Shown here: piece by piece, positions 19,575-30,393 of the stretch
Layout: the number at the start of each line of letters is the position of its first letter
Position numbering within the stretch: the first letter of the stretch is position 1
NCBI GenBank assembly: GCA_964291265.2
Contig: OZ219746.1
Location: 288,001 to 352,000 of the forward strand
Direction: 5' to 3'
Origin: Alphaproteobacteria bacterium
GTDB lineage: Bacteria > Pseudomonadota > Alphaproteobacteria > SP197
DNA length: 64,000 bases
Position numbers and translations under genes: made by a program
The notes under the pieces: model-generated
Told to the model about the DNA's origin: nothing
What the model saw: the letters and a program-made list of their open reading frames with translations, nothing else
The model's database searches: none

Positions 19575-21033
19575 GATGGCGGCCGTCGGGCGGCTCGGGA
19601 TCGGGGTAGCGCCCGGGGGTGCCGCGGGGGTCGATGGGCAGACTGCCGGCGATGCCAAGAGCGCGTTCGGCGACAGCAGCCCAACCCAGGACCCGTCCGT
19701 CGCTGTGTGACGGACCAACCAGCTGCAATCCGACAGGCAGTCCTTCATCGGTGAAGCCGCAGGGAATCGAGATCGCGGGGGATGATGTCAGCGTGATCAC
19801 CGAGGTGATCATGATCCAGTCCACGTAACTGTTGAACCGGTGGCCGTCAAGCTCGCCGAGGTAGCGCTCGTGGGTGGCGATGGCGGGTACGATGGTCGAG
19901 GGAAGGGCGAGAAGGTCGAAGGTCTCGAAGAATTCTGTCATCCTCTGATAGAGAGAATTCCGGATCCGTGTCGCGCGGATGATGTCGCCGACGCCAAGAT
20001 CGAGTCCCTTGCGGATGTTCCAGACATTCTCCTGCTTGAGCATCCCGCGACGGTGGACGAGATCGTCCTCGTGGCCGGTGGCGAAGCCGATGGCCCGCAG
20101 GGTATGGAAGGCTTCCGGCGCATCGGAAAAGTCGATGGCGGCTTGCGCGATCTCGCTTCCCAGGGATGCAAGGCGATCCAGAGCTTCCCGGCACAGGCGG
20201 TCAACGTTGCGGTCCACCGGCGTGATGCCGAGATCCGGCGAATAGCCGATGCGACGCGGGGTATCTCCCCGGTCGAGGGCGAGGCGGACCTGGTCCAGCC
20301 GGGAGACAGGCGGTGCCGCACGCGCCAGTGGATCGCGTTCGTCGATCCCCGACATCGCATCGAGCAGGAGCGCCGCGTCGGCGACGTTGCGCGCCATGGG
20401 ACCTGCGACCGAAAGGTCCTGGAAGGCGTCCGGTGCCGGACCGCGGACGACGACACCGGGGCTCGGTCGAAATCCCGTCACCCCGCAGAAGCTCGCCGGA
20501 ATGCGCAGACTGCCGCCGAGATCGGAACCGGTCGCCAGAGGCACCTGTCCGCTGGCCAGTGCGGCCGCCGACCCGCCGGAGGATCCGCCAGCCGATGCCG
20601 CCATGTCCCAGGGGTTGGTCGTCACCCCGAGAACCTCGTTGAAACTGTTGCCGCCGGCACCGAACTCCGGAACGTTGGATTTGCCGACGACGATGGCGCC
20701 CCGGCTCTCCAGGCGCTGCACCATGAGATTCGAGGCCGACGGCACGTGGTCGGCCCAGATCGGGGAACCATAGGTTGTCCGCACACCGGCGACATCCTCG
20801 AGATCCTTGATGGCGACCGGAAGTCCATGGAGTGGCCCCGGAGCATCACCGGATTCGAGCCGCCGGGCATGATCCCTGGCCCGGTCGAAACAACGGGTTG
20901 GCATGGCGTTGAGGCCGCCGTCCGTCGCCTCGATGCGGGCGATGCAGTCCTCGACCAGTTCGAGCGGGGAAACCTCCCCTTGGCGCAGCAATGCGGCGGC
21001 CTCGGTGGCCGTCATCTTCCAGAGGTCTGCCAT
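19567..21033 (-). CDS. Amidase signature family protein
   Basis: PVAIKD, GKSNVPEFG, GGSSGGSAAAL, GSDLGGSLRIPASFCG; start reassigned to MADLWK. Confidence 0.94.
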   Translation of the reverse strand: MADLWKMTATEAAALLRQGEVSPLELVEDCIARIEATDGGLNAMPTRCFDRARDHARRLESGDAPGPLHGLPVAIKDLEDVAGVRTTYGSPIWADHVPSASNLMVQRLESRGAIVVGKSNVPEFGAGGNSFNEVLGVTTNPWDMAASAGGSSGGSAAALASGQVPLATGSDLGGSLRIPASFCGVTGFRPSPGVVVRGPAPDAFQDLSVAGPMARNVADAALLLDAMSGIDERDPLARAAPPVSRLDQVRLALDRGDTPRRIGYSPDLGITPVDRNVDRLCREALDRLASLGSEIAQAAIDFSDAPEAFHTLRAIGFATGHEDDLVHRRGMLKQENVWNIRKGLDLGVGDIIRATRIRNSLYQRMTEFFETFDLLALPSTIVPAIATHERYLGELDGHRFNSYVDWIMITSVITLTSSPAISIPCGFTDEGLPVGLQLVGPSHSDGRVLGWAAVAERALGIAGSLPIDPRGTPGRYPDPEPPDGRHRV

Positions 21034-21162
21034 CGTTGCGTCCCGCCCGTTGAGGTCATGAGGGCGCGAGTATGGAGTCGTCACGCGTCGCCCGGCAAGG
21101 CTTGCCAGAATGTGCGCCACATCTATACTCGCACGCATCGGCAACAGGTGCCTTCTTCTCAC

Positions 21163-22149
21163 ATGAACCAGCCACGCATCGATGTTCTCGGCATCGGCAA
21201 CGCGATCGTTGACATTGTCGCCGAGGTCGAGGAGTCCTTTCTCGCGGACTTCGACCTTGCCAAGGACGGCATGCATCTTGTCGATCACACTCTGGCGGCG
21301 AGGCTTCTCGATGCCTGCGAGCCCGTCGTGATGATGTCCGGAGGCTCCGTGGCCAACACCATTGCCGGCCTTGCGGCCATCGGCAGCAGTGGCGGGTTTG
21401 TCGGCAGGGTGAAGGATGACACGCTCGGGCAACGCTTCGCCGGTGACCTGAATTCCCGGGGAGTTGTGTTTGCTGGCCGTGCAGCGGCCGACGGACCGGA
21501 AACCGGACGATCCCTCATACTCGTGACGCCGGACAGCCATCGCACCATGTGCACATGGCTCGGTGCCTCTCTCGATCTCGGTGTTGCGGATCTCGCGGCG
21601 GACGCCATGTCCGCACGGGTCGTCCTTCTCGAGGGCTACCTCATGGATGCGCCCGAAGGACAGGGTGTCTTCAGGGAGGCGGCCGGAATGGCTGCCGAAT
21701 CCGGTTGCAAGGTCGCGTTGTCACTCTCCGATTCTGCGTGCGTGGATCGTCATCGAGGCGATCTCGTCAGCTTCCTGCACGATCACGTCGACATCGTGTT
21801 CGCCAACGAGGCCGAAACACTGTCCTTCTTTCCAGGGGCGGATTTTGCGACAGCGTCCCGCAGTCTCGCAGATGAGGTTTCCATCGCCGTCATCACGCGA
21901 AGCGAGAAGGGATCCATAGTCTTCTCGCCTGGTTCGGTCTTCGAGATCGAATCCGTCATGACCAAGGTGATTGACGCCACGGGTGCCGGAGACCTCTATG
22001 CCGCCGGTTTCCTCTACGGTTACACTCAGGAACTCAGTCTTGACCGGGCGGCACGCATTGCCAGTGTCTGCGCCAGTGAGGTGATCGGCCAGTTCGGTGC
22101 CCGGGTCGCGAGTGACCTTCGCGCCTCCATCGCGAGGACACTGGGATAG
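21163..22149 (+). CDS. PfkB family kinase (adenosine kinase-like)
   Basis: GIGNAIVD, SGGSVANT, FANEAE, DATGAGDLYAAGF. Confidence 0.92.
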   Translation: MNQPRIDVLGIGNAIVDIVAEVEESFLADFDLAKDGMHLVDHTLAARLLDACEPVVMMSGGSVANTIAGLAAIGSSGGFVGRVKDDTLGQRFAGDLNSRGVVFAGRAAADGPETGRSLILVTPDSHRTMCTWLGASLDLGVADLAADAMSARVVLLEGYLMDAPEGQGVFREAAGMAAESGCKVALSLSDSACVDRHRGDLVSFLHDHVDIVFANEAETLSFFPGADFATASRSLADEVSIAVITRSEKGSIVFSPGSVFEIESVMTKVIDATGAGDLYAAGFLYGYTQELSLDRAARIASVCASEVIGQFGARVASDLRASIARTLG

Positions 22150-22176
22150 ATGACGCACGAGAAGGGGAGTGTCTCC

Positions 22177-22827
22177 ATGACGACCATTGAACTCATCACG
22201 TCCCACGTCTGCCCCTTCGCTCAGCGAACCCACATGACGCTGATCGAGAAGGGTCTGGACTTCACGGTTCGCGAGGTCGATCTCTCCGACAAGCCCGCCT
22301 GGTTCGAGGAGCTCTCGCCGACGTCGAAGGTCCCGGTGGTGAAGATTGGCGACGAGATCGTCTGGGAATCCGCGATCGCCAACGAGTACATCGAGGACAA
22401 GTTTCCGAATGTGCCCCTGTTGCCCGACGATCCCTGGTTGCGTGCCCGGGCGCGTATCTGGATCGACTACTGCAACACCCGCTGGATCGAGGACTTCTAC
22501 GCGCTGCTGGGGGCGAAGGACGCGGAACGCCGCAACCACCTCGGCGACCGCGTCGTGCAGGATCTCCGCCACATGGAAACGAAAGGCATGGCGGCCCTGT
22601 CATCGGGGCCCTTCTGGCTGGGTTCGTCGGTCAGCCTTGTCGATCTCGCCTTCTGGCCATTCTTCGAGCGCTTCCCATTGCTCTCCCATTACCGCCAGGT
22701 CACCGTTCCGGAAGACTGCCAGCGTCTTCACCGGTGGTGCGACGAGATGGCGGTACGTCCATCGGCGCGCCGCACCATGCACGAAGCTTCCTGGTACATC
22801 GAGCGCTACAAGGCCCGGGCAGCGTAG
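22177..22827 (+). CDS. Glutathione S-transferase (omega-like)
   Basis: CPFAQR, KVPV, ESAIANEYI, SLVDLAFWPFFER. Confidence 0.9.
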   Translation: MTTIELITSHVCPFAQRTHMTLIEKGLDFTVREVDLSDKPAWFEELSPTSKVPVVKIGDEIVWESAIANEYIEDKFPNVPLLPDDPWLRARARIWIDYCNTRWIEDFYALLGAKDAERRNHLGDRVVQDLRHMETKGMAALSSGPFWLGSSVSLVDLAFWPFFERFPLLSHYRQVTVPEDCQRLHRWCDEMAVRPSARRTMHEASWYIERYKARAA

Positions 22828-22846
22828 ACGGCGATCGAGAACGCCC

Positions 22847-23446
22847 ATGTTCTATGAACCGGGGAAGGGGCACGGGCTCGAACGTGATCCCTTCAAGGCG
22901 CTCGTGGCACCGCGTCCCATTGGCTGGTTCACCACGCTCAATGGCGACGGGTCGGTCAACCTGGCGCCCTACAGCTACTTCAACGCCATGGCTGATGACC
23001 CTCCTGTGGTGTGTTTCTCGTCAGGTGGTTCGGAACACCTCAAGGACACTGCCCGCAATGCGGCCGACACCGGAGAGTTCGTGCACAACCTGGTGACCAT
23101 GTCGCTGCGCGACGCCATGAACATCACGGCGCGCGAAGTTCCTGCGGGGGTTGACGAAACAAGGCTCGCGGGACTGGATCTGGCGGCCTCGGTTCTGGTG
23201 TCGCCGCCCCGCGTGGCGGCAAGCCCGGTTGCCTTCGAGTGCCGATACCTCAAGACACTGGAGATTCCGCAGAACGGCACGCCGAACCTGGTGGTGTTTG
23301 GCGAGGTGGTCGGCATTCACGTCGACGATGATGCCATCGCCACAGGGCGCTTCGATCCGGAGGCCCAGGGGGTGATTGCCCGCCTGGGCTATGCCAACTA
23401 TGCCGTCGTCGGTGGCACATTCCGCATGGAACGGCTGGAGCCTTGA
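22847..23446 (+). CDS. Flavin reductase family protein
   Basis: VAPRPIGW, NLAPYSYFN, KDTARN, ECRY, ARLGY. Confidence 0.9.
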   Translation: MFYEPGKGHGLERDPFKALVAPRPIGWFTTLNGDGSVNLAPYSYFNAMADDPPVVCFSSGGSEHLKDTARNAADTGEFVHNLVTMSLRDAMNITAREVPAGVDETRLAGLDLAASVLVSPPRVAASPVAFECRYLKTLEIPQNGTPNLVVFGEVVGIHVDDDAIATGRFDPEAQGVIARLGYANYAVVGGTFRMERLEP

Positions 23447-23510
23447 GAATCCGGCACATCTGATCGTGATCCGACCGCGTGGTCTTCCTGCTTCAAGATG
23501 GAGTTGATCG

Positions 23511-24623
23511 ATGCTTCTCGGAGTACCCAGAGAGATCAAGAATCACGAGTACCGCGTTGGCATGACGCCGGCCTCGGTGAGGGAACTCACCGGACGCGGT
23601 CATGCCGTGCTCGTCGAGAAGGGCGCCGGTCGTGGCATCGGACTGACCGACAGCATGTACGCACGCGCCGGTGCGGACATCGTCGGCACCCCGGAAGAGA
23701 TCTTCGCCCGGGCGGAGATGATCGTGAAGGTCAAGGAGCCGCAACCTGACGAGTGTCGCATGTTGCGCCAGAGCCAGATTCTCTTCACCTACCTTCACCT
23801 GGCGCCGGACCCGCTGCAGACGCGGCTCCTCGTCGAATCGGGTTGCACCGCCATCGCCTACGAGACGGTTTCCGATATGAATGGCGGTCTGCCACTCCTT
23901 GCGCCGATGAGTGAGGTCGCAGGACGCATGTCCGTCCAGGCCGCCAGTCACTGCCTCGAAAAGGCCCAGCATGGCTCCGGTGTCCTGCTGGGTGGTGTCC
24001 CGGGCGTGGCGCCCGGGAAGGTGGTCATTGTCGGTGGCGGCGTGGTGGGCACCCATGCGGCGCGCATGGCGATCGGCCTCGGTGCGGATGTCACTGTCTT
24101 CGACCGCTCTATCGCCCGCTTGAGGCAGCTCGATGAACTGTTCGAGGCACGGGCCAGGGTCATCTATTCGACGACCGATGCCCTGGAGGAGCATGTCCTG
24201 GCCGCAGACGCGGTCATTGGCGCCGTTCTCGTTCCCGGCGCCGCAGCGCCGAAACTCGTGACCGAAGACCAGATCCGCAGGATGCGCCGTGGATCGGTGG
24301 TGGTCGACGTCGCCATAGACCAGGGAGGTTGCTTCGAGACAAGCCGGGCGACGACCCATGCCAGACCCACCTACCGGGTCCATGGAGTCGTCCACTACTG
24401 TGTCGCCAACATGCCGGGCGGCGTCGCTCGAACATCGACCTTTGCCCTCAACAACGCGACACTGCCCTTTGTCATCAAGCTGGCGGACACGGGCTGGCAG
24501 CGCGCCTGCAGGCTCGATCCCTTCCTGTGTGACGGCCTCAACATCCACGACGGAAAGGTAGTCTACAAGGCGGTGGCGGAGGCCCTCGACTATCCGTTCG
24601 TCGACCCAGCCGACATCCTCTGA
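23511..24623 (+). CDS. ald: Alanine dehydrogenase
   Basis: [52 protein letters not shown]. Confidence 0.97.
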   Translation: MLLGVPREIKNHEYRVGMTPASVRELTGRGHAVLVEKGAGRGIGLTDSMYARAGADIVGTPEEIFARAEMIVKVKEPQPDECRMLRQSQILFTYLHLAPDPLQTRLLVESGCTAIAYETVSDMNGGLPLLAPMSEVAGRMSVQAASHCLEKAQHGSGVLLGGVPGVAPGKVVIVGGGVVGTHAARMAIGLGADVTVFDRSIARLRQLDELFEARARVIYSTTDALEEHVLAADAVIGAVLVPGAAAPKLVTEDQIRRMRRGSVVVDVAIDQGGCFETSRATTHARPTYRVHGVVHYCVANMPGGVARTSTFALNNATLPFVIKLADTGWQRACRLDPFLCDGLNIHDGKVVYKAVAEALDYPFVDPADIL

Positions 24624-24660
24624 TGCTGCCTTGCGAAGGAAACGCTCCGGGTATCCGTGA

Positions 24661-25578
24661 TCAGCCGCGGCGTGGCGGCTTCTTGAGCCCTTCGAGCATC
24701 ACTGCCAGGTTCTCGTCGCGCCAGCGTTCGAGATCATCGATGTCGAGATGGCCGTACATGGCGTCGACGGCACCGACGAGTTCCATCCGCGCTCTCTCGC
24801 TGCGCTTCCAGCCGAAGTGGTCGATCATGTGGCGAACGCCCCCCTTGCCACCACCGAGGTGATAGCACGTCACCGGACCGGCGAAGGCCCATCTCAGCCC
24901 CGGGCCTGCCGTCATGGCCGTATCGATGTCCTGGTAGGTGCAGACTCCCTCATCCACGAGGGCCGCTGCCTCCTCGAAGACGACGTGCTGAAGGCGGTTG
25001 GCGATGTAGGCTTCGATCTCGCGGCGGAGAGTAAGCGTCTTCTTGCCGACGGATTCGTAGAATGCCGCAGCCCACGCCACGACATCACCGGCTGTCCCGC
25101 TGCCCGCGACCACCTCCACGAGAGGCACGAGGTAGCTGGGCGCGAAGGGGTGGCCGATGATGACCCTTTCGGGGTGCCGGCAACGCGACTGGAGACGTGA
25201 CGGCAGGAAGGCCGATGACGAACTCGCCAGCACCGTTTCGGCCGGAGCGGCAGCATCCATGGCCTCGAACAGCGCAATCTTGAGATCCTCGCGATCGGGT
25301 GCGCTTTCCTGGACGAAGTCGGCGCTCTCCACCGCTTCCTCCATGGAACCCGCGAAGCGGAAACGTTTCCTGGATGCGCCCTCGGCCAGTCCGAGACGTT
25401 CAAGAAAGGGCCAGGCCTGGTCGATGATGCGCCGCGCGCTGGCTTCACCCTCGGGTGCAGGATCGCTCATCACCACGTCACGGCCTGCCGCCAGAAAGGC
25501 GGCGGCCCATCCGGCACCGATGTAGCCGCCACCGACGCAGGCGATGTTCGTGGTTCTCTCCGGAGCGGGTCGTGTCAT
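24661..25578 (-). CDS. 3-hydroxyacyl-CoA dehydrogenase family (L-carnitine dehydrogenase-like)
   Basis: GGGYIGAGWA, VQESAP, GHPF, YIANRLQ, GPGLRWA, HLGGG. Confidence 0.85.
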   Translation of the reverse strand: MTRPAPERTTNIACVGGGYIGAGWAAAFLAAGRDVVMSDPAPEGEASARRIIDQAWPFLERLGLAEGASRKRFRFAGSMEEAVESADFVQESAPDREDLKIALFEAMDAAAPAETVLASSSSAFLPSRLQSRCRHPERVIIGHPFAPSYLVPLVEVVAGSGTAGDVVAWAAAFYESVGKKTLTLRREIEAYIANRLQHVVFEEAAALVDEGVCTYQDIDTAMTAGPGLRWAFAGPVTCYHLGGGKGGVRHMIDHFGWKRSERARMELVGAVDAMYGHLDIDDLERWRDENLAVMLEGLKKPPRRG

Positions 25579-26570
25579 CGCTGTCCTCCTTGGTGGCTGG
25601 CCGGCGCGCCGGCCAGACTGATTGCGACGTGATCGGCGATGCCGTCTTCGAGAGACGTGAACGGCTTCGTGTACCCGGCTTCACGGAGCCGGTCCATGCG
25701 GGCCCGGGTGCAGTACTGATAGCGCCCATCGAGTGCCGCTGGCATGTCGACGAACGTGATTCTGGCTGGACGGGCGAGCGCCCTGAACATGGCATGGCCG
25801 AGATCCAGCCACGTCCTTGCCTCGCCGGTCCCGAGATTGAAGATGCCGCTGACGGTCGGGTTGTCGAGCAGCCACATGACCACATCGACACAGTCCCTGA
25901 CATAGATGAAGTCGCGTTTCTGGCCGCCATCGGCATAGTCCGGATGACGGGACCGGAAGAGCCTGAGCGGCTTGCCGGCAGCGATGTCGGGAAGGGTTTT
26001 CGAGACCACGCTTGCCATGGCGCCCTTGTGCTCCTCTCCAGTTCCATAGACGTTGAAGAAGCGCAGGCCGGCCCATTGCGGCGGCATCGTGCGGCCGGCG
26101 TCACGCTCGCGGATCAAGAGCCGGTCGAACAGCAGCTTGCTGGCCCCGTAGGGGGTGATGGCGGTAAGGGCCTCCATGGCGACAGTGCTTTCGTCGTCGT
26201 CGAATCCCCGCGCGCCGTCGCCGTAAACCTGTGCCGAGGAAGCGTAGATGAACGGCACGCGACGGGCGACGCACCAGTCCATGAGCCGGAGCGTCAGCAG
26301 GACATTTGTCTTCATGAGGAGATCGACATCCGTCTCCGTGGTGGCCGATATGGCTCCCATGTGGATGACGGCATCCAGCGAACGTCGGCCATCGAGCCAG
26401 GCGGCGAGGGAGTCGGGACCGATCATCTCCAGGACCTGGGCGCCGGCGATGTTGCCGAGCCTGGGGTCGTCGAGGTGGCGGTCGCACACGACAAGCGGCA
26501 CACTTGCCGCAGCGAGCGCCCGGACGATGTTGGAGCCGATGAAGCCGGTGCCGCCGGTAACAAGGATCAA
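25575..26570 (-). CDS. hldD: ADP-L-glycero-D-manno-heptose 6-epimerase
   Basis: GGTGFIGSN, HMGAISATTE, YGASK, LRFFNVYG..E.HKG.MAS, QKRDFIYV; TTG start overlaps gmhA stop. Confidence 0.9.
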   Translation of the reverse strand: MILVTGGTGFIGSNIVRALAAASVPLVVCDRHLDDPRLGNIAGAQVLEMIGPDSLAAWLDGRRSLDAVIHMGAISATTETDVDLLMKTNVLLTLRLMDWCVARRVPFIYASSAQVYGDGARGFDDDESTVAMEALTAITPYGASKLLFDRLLIRERDAGRTMPPQWAGLRFFNVYGTGEEHKGAMASVVSKTLPDIAAGKPLRLFRSRHPDYADGGQKRDFIYVRDCVDVVMWLLDNPTVSGIFNLGTGEARTWLDLGHAMFRALARPARITFVDMPAALDGRYQYCTRARMDRLREAGYTKPFTSLEDGIADHVAISLAGAPASHQGGQR

Positions 26571-27160
26571 GGCGAAGGTTCCCGGGCGTGGCCGAGCTCG
26601 CTTTCGATGGCGCCGCACAACATCTGCCCCAGCATGATGTGAACCTCCTGGATGCGTGCGGTGACGGTGCCGGGCACCAGAAGGAGAGGGTCGGCAAGGT
26701 GTGGCAGGGCGCCTCCGTCGCCGCCTCCGAGTGCCGCGGCGACGAGTCCCTGGGCCTTCGCCTGTTCGAGGCCTCGTATGACATTGGCGCTTCTGCCCGA
26801 GGTGGAGAGTGCGATGGCCACATCCCCGGGCCGGCCCAGGGCCTCGATCTGGCGTGAGAAGATTCTCTCGAAGCCCATGTCGTTTCCCGCGGCCGTGATG
26901 GCCGAGGTGTCGGTGGTGAGCGCCAGGCCGGCGATGGCGGGCCGGTCGCCGACGTAGCGCACGGTGAGTTCCGTGGCGAGGTGCTGGGCATCCGCCGCGC
27001 TGCCGCCGTTGCCGAAGAACAGGATCTTGCCGCCGCCCTTCAGGCCCAGGGCGCAGGCCTCCACCAGCCTGGCGAAGGGCACGGCGAGCGCATGACGGGC
27101 CTCTTCTGCCACCGCCAGGTGCTCGTCGATTTCACGTTCGAAGTAGTGCCTGAGGTCCAT
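26567..27160 (-). CDS. gmhA: D-sedoheptulose 7-phosphate isomerase
   Basis: GNGGSAADAQHLATEL, GNDMGF, STSGRS, RIQEVH. Confidence 0.95.
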   Translation of the reverse strand: MDLRHYFEREIDEHLAVAEEARHALAVPFARLVEACALGLKGGGKILFFGNGGSAADAQHLATELTVRYVGDRPAIAGLALTTDTSAITAAGNDMGFERIFSRQIEALGRPGDVAIALSTSGRSANVIRGLEQAKAQGLVAAALGGGDGGALPHLADPLLLVPGTVTARIQEVHIMLGQMLCGAIESELGHAREPSP

Positions 27161-27809
27161 GGTCAGGGGTGTCGGGGTGTCGGACTCGAGAGTTGACGAG
27201 AAACGGCAGGTGGGCGACCGCATCGGCGGGTGCGCTCACGGCGTGGACCTGGTAGCAGGGGCCCGGTTCACCGAACCCGAGGGCGCGTTGCCGCTCTCCT
27301 CTGCTGTAGCCGTCGCCCACCATGAAGCCTCCGGCGAGGCCGGCGGCGTGTCCGGCCTCGATGTCGGTTTCGCGGTCACCGATGATCCAGCTGGCTGCCC
27401 GATCGATGCCCAGCGCGGTGGCTGCCGCCAGCAGCATGCCGGGGCGTGGCTTGCGCATGAGCGAGTCCCCTGGCCCGAACGGTGACGCGAGGACACCGTC
27501 CCAGTGAACTCCTGCACGACTGAGACGTCGCGCGATTTCCACCTGGACCGCGGCGAAGTCCTCCCAGCGGAAGAGGCCACGGCCTATGCCCCCCTGGTTG
27601 GTGACGACAATGACGGCGACGCCACGGGCATTCGCGCGGCCCATGATGTCGGTGATCCCGGCGACGAGGCGCACCTTGTCCGGCTCGTGGAGATAGCCTG
27701 TTTCCTCGACGATGACGCCGTCGCGGTCAAGGAAGAGGGCGGGTCCGGAACTCCTGCGCAAGGCGTACTCGCGCCAGGTTCCGTCCTCGTGGAGGGGCCA
27801 GGGACTCAT
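27132..27809 (-). CDS. gmhB: D,D-heptose 1,7-bisphosphate phosphatase (HAD IIIA)
   Basis: LFLDRDGVI, TNQGGIGRG, RKPRPGML, IGDRETD. Confidence 0.88.
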   Translation of the reverse strand: MSPWPLHEDGTWREYALRRSSGPALFLDRDGVIVEETGYLHEPDKVRLVAGITDIMGRANARGVAVIVVTNQGGIGRGLFRWEDFAAVQVEIARRLSRAGVHWDGVLASPFGPGDSLMRKPRPGMLLAAATALGIDRAASWIIGDRETDIEAGHAAGLAGGFMVGDGYSRGERQRALGFGEPGPCYQVHAVSAPADAVAHLPFLVNSRVRHPDTPDHGPQALLRT

Positions 27810-28525
27810 GGCGTCTGGAGGAGTTCCGCTTCCCCGCGGGCCAGGACCAGGGCCGTCAGCACGTCTGTGATGACGGCCCCCGTATCGATGCCGATCCTGT
27901 TGGCCCGGATGTCGGGCCCTTCCCACGAGATGGTGTGGCCATGCACGACGAGCCATCCGTGGTCTTCAGACGACTCGAGAAATTCCTCGCGGATCCACAG
28001 GAGATCCTCGGGATCCTGGTCGTGGAGCGCGACACCTGGACGGATTCCCGCGTGCACGAAGAGGACGCCATCGATGATCTGGTGGAGTTTCAGCGCATGA
28101 AGGAAGGTGCGATGGTGTTCCGGCATGGCGTGGCGCAGCTGGCATCCGGCGCCCGCTCCGGGTTCGACGTTGTAGGAGAGCAGGGTCTGGGCGCCGCCCA
28201 GACGATGGATCCACCACAAGCCGTCGTCCCAGCCTTCCATGAAGTCGATCACACAGGCGTCGTGGTTGCCCATGAGGAAGACCCGTTCGAATCCGTCATC
28301 GTCCCCGGTTGCACGGGAGAGGAAGTCGATCACGCCGGCCGAGTCGGGACCACGGTCCACGTAGTCACCGAGGAAGACGATGTAGCGCCGCCGCTGCGTC
28401 CTCGTCGCAGCATCCTCGAGGATCCTCCGGTGAAGGCGAAGCAGAAGATCCAGGCGTCCGTGAACGTCCCCAACGGCGTAGACGAGCGTGTCGGGACCGA
28501 TGGATGCGGCAGGCGGCCAGGTCAT
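27806..28525 (-). CDS. Metallophosphoesterase (Ser/Thr phosphatase-like)
   Basis: GDVHG, GDYVDRG, GNHD, VHAG, HGHT, IDTG. Confidence 0.92.
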   Translation of the reverse strand: MTWPPAASIGPDTLVYAVGDVHGRLDLLLRLHRRILEDAATRTQRRRYIVFLGDYVDRGPDSAGVIDFLSRATGDDDGFERVFLMGNHDACVIDFMEGWDDGLWWIHRLGGAQTLLSYNVEPGAGAGCQLRHAMPEHHRTFLHALKLHQIIDGVLFVHAGIRPGVALHDQDPEDLLWIREEFLESSEDHGWLVVHGHTISWEGPDIRANRIGIDTGAVITDVLTALVLARGEAELLQTP

Positions 28526-30393
28526 CTCTTCGTCCCGCCGGACTCATCGAGGTGCCCGTGCTCGACGAGCCAGGACATCACCATGCCGGCGAGTTCGTCG
28601 GGTTGGTGTTCCGCCGACTTCAGCACGATCTCGGGGTCTTCGGGAGCTTCGTAGGCGGATCCGATACCGGTGAAGTTCTGCAGGTTGCCGGCGCGGGCCT
28701 TGCGGTAGAGACCCTTGGGGTCGCGCGCCTCGCACACATCGAGGGGCGTGTCGACGAACACCTCGACGAACTCTCCTTCGTCGACGAGTTCACGCGCCAT
28801 CTGCCTTTCGGCCCTGAAGGGCGAGATGAAGGAGACGAGGACGATGAGTCCGGCGTCGACAAAGAGCTTGGCGACTTCGGCAATGCGGCGAATGTTCTCC
28901 ACCCTGTCGACATCGGTGAACCCGAGGTCCCGGTTCAGTCCGAAGCGGATGTTGTCTCCGTCGAGCAGGTAACTGTGACGCCCCATGGCGGCGAGCCGGC
29001 GTTCGACGTGATTGGCGGTGGTCGACTTGCCGGAACCCGACAGTCCGGTGAACCACAGGATGCAGGGTTTCTGGTGTTTCTGGGCGGCGCGCCGGTCCTT
29101 GCCGACATCGATGGCCTGGCGTTCCAGGTTCGTGGCCCGCCGCAAGCCGAAATCGATCATGCCGGCGGCCACGGTGCGGTTGGTGAACCGGTCGATGAGG
29201 ATGAAGCTCCCCGTGTCGCTCACCTCGCCATAGGGGTCGCAGGCAATCGTCTGGTCCAGGGCCAGGTTGCAGTAGCCGATGTCATTGAGAGAGAGCGTCC
29301 TCGCCGCCACGTGTTCGAGAGTGTCGACATGGATGAGGTGGCGCAGATCGGTGACTCTCGCGGTCGTCGTCCGGGTGCCCGACTTCAGGAGGTAGAGCCG
29401 CTCCGGCAGCAGGTCATTTTCGTCCATCCAGACGACATGGGCGGCGAACTGGTCGGTTGTCTGGGGTGGCCGATCCGCCGCGGCAAGGACATGCCCCCTT
29501 GCGATGTCGATGTTGTCGGCGAGTTCCAGGGTGACCGATTCGCCGGCCCCGGCCGACTCGAGATCGCCGTCGAAGGTGATGATGCGGGAGACGGTCGATG
29601 ACCTGAGAGAGGGGGCCGCCACCACGTCCATGCCCGGCGTTACCGTTCCCGAGACAATGAGGCCGCTGTAGCCCCGGAAGTCCTGGTCGGGCCGGTTGAC
29701 TCTCTGGACCGGCATGCGGAAGGGACCGGCCGCCGCGTTTCTGCCGGTGGCCGCCGATTCCAGGACCTCCAGCAGGGTTCGACTGCGATACCAGGACATG
29801 TCCGGCGACCGTTCGAGCACGTTGGCGCCGGTGACGGCCGAGATCGGCACGGCATCCACGACTGCGAACCCGAGCCGCGCGGCGTGGTGTCGGAATCTCT
29901 CTTCGATCTCCCTGAACACTCCTTCCTCCCAGCTGACGAGATCCATCTTGTTGACTGCCAGGAGAACGTGGGGAATGCCGAGCAGGCTGGCAATGGCGGC
30001 ATGGCGGAAGGACTGCGTGAGGACGCCTCTCCTCGCGTCGACAAGGATGAGGGCGAGGTCCGCGGTCGAAGCGCCGGTCGCCATGTTGCGGGTGTACTGG
30101 ACGTGCCCTGGCGTATCGGCGACGATGAAGCGGCGCCGGGAGGTCCGGAAGCAGCGATAGGCGACATCGATGGTGATGCCCTGTTCGCGTTCGGCCTCGA
30201 GACCGTCGACAAGGAGCGCCAGGTCGATCCCATCGCCACGGGTGCCCCAGATGCGGCTTGCCGCCTCGATGTCGGCGAGTTCGTCCTCGAAGATGAGCGC
30301 GGTGTCGTGGAGCAGGCGTCCGATGAGTGTCGACTTGCCGTCATCGACACTGCCGCATGTTACGAAGCGCAGGAGATCGACAGTGTCTTTCAT
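28522..30393 (-). CDS. cysNC: Bifunctional sulfate adenylyltransferase subunit 1/APS kinase (CysNC/NodQ type)
   Basis: [23 protein letters not shown] and C-terminal [15 protein letters not shown]. Confidence 0.95.
   Translation of the reverse strand: MKDTVDLLRFVTCGSVDDGKSTLIGRLLHDTALIFEDELADIEAASRIWGTRGDGIDLALLVDGLEAEREQGITIDVAYRCFRTSRRRFIVADTPGHVQYTRNMATGASTADLALILVDARRGVLTQSFRHAAIASLLGIPHVLLAVNKMDLVSWEEGVFREIEERFRHHAARLGFAVVDAVPISAVTGANVLERSPDMSWYRSRTLLEVLESAATGRNAAAGPFRMPVQRVNRPDQDFRGYSGLIVSGTVTPGMDVVAAPSLRSSTVSRIITFDGDLESAGAGESVTLELADNIDIARGHVLAAADRPPQTTDQFAAHVVWMDENDLLPERLYLLKSGTRTTTARVTDLRHLIHVDTLEHVAARTLSLNDIGYCNLALDQTIACDPYGEVSDTGSFILIDRFTNRTVAAGMIDFGLRRATNLERQAIDVGKDRRAAQKHQKPCILWFTGLSGSGKSTTANHVERRLAAMGRHSYLLDGDNIRFGLNRDLGFTDVDRVENIRRIAEVAKLFVDAGLIVLVSFISPFRAERQMARELVDEGEFVEVFVDTPLDVCEARDPKGLYRKARAGNLQNFTGIGSAYEAPEDPEIVLKSAEHQPDELAGMVMSWLVEHGHLDESGGTKR

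Noticed and set aside
19840-21162. Apparent 440-aa N-terminal extension on the PfkB kinase (769-aa ORF) and reciprocal extension on the amidase
   Set aside because: Each extension is the antisense of the divergent neighbour; true starts are probably 21163 (+) and 21033 (-).
22346-22846. Apparent fusion upstream of the flavin reductase (similar extensions on DUF3501, gmhB and HepT ORFs)
   Set aside because: Out-of-frame read-through of the preceding gene with Arg/Ser/Pro-rich composition; not true fusions.
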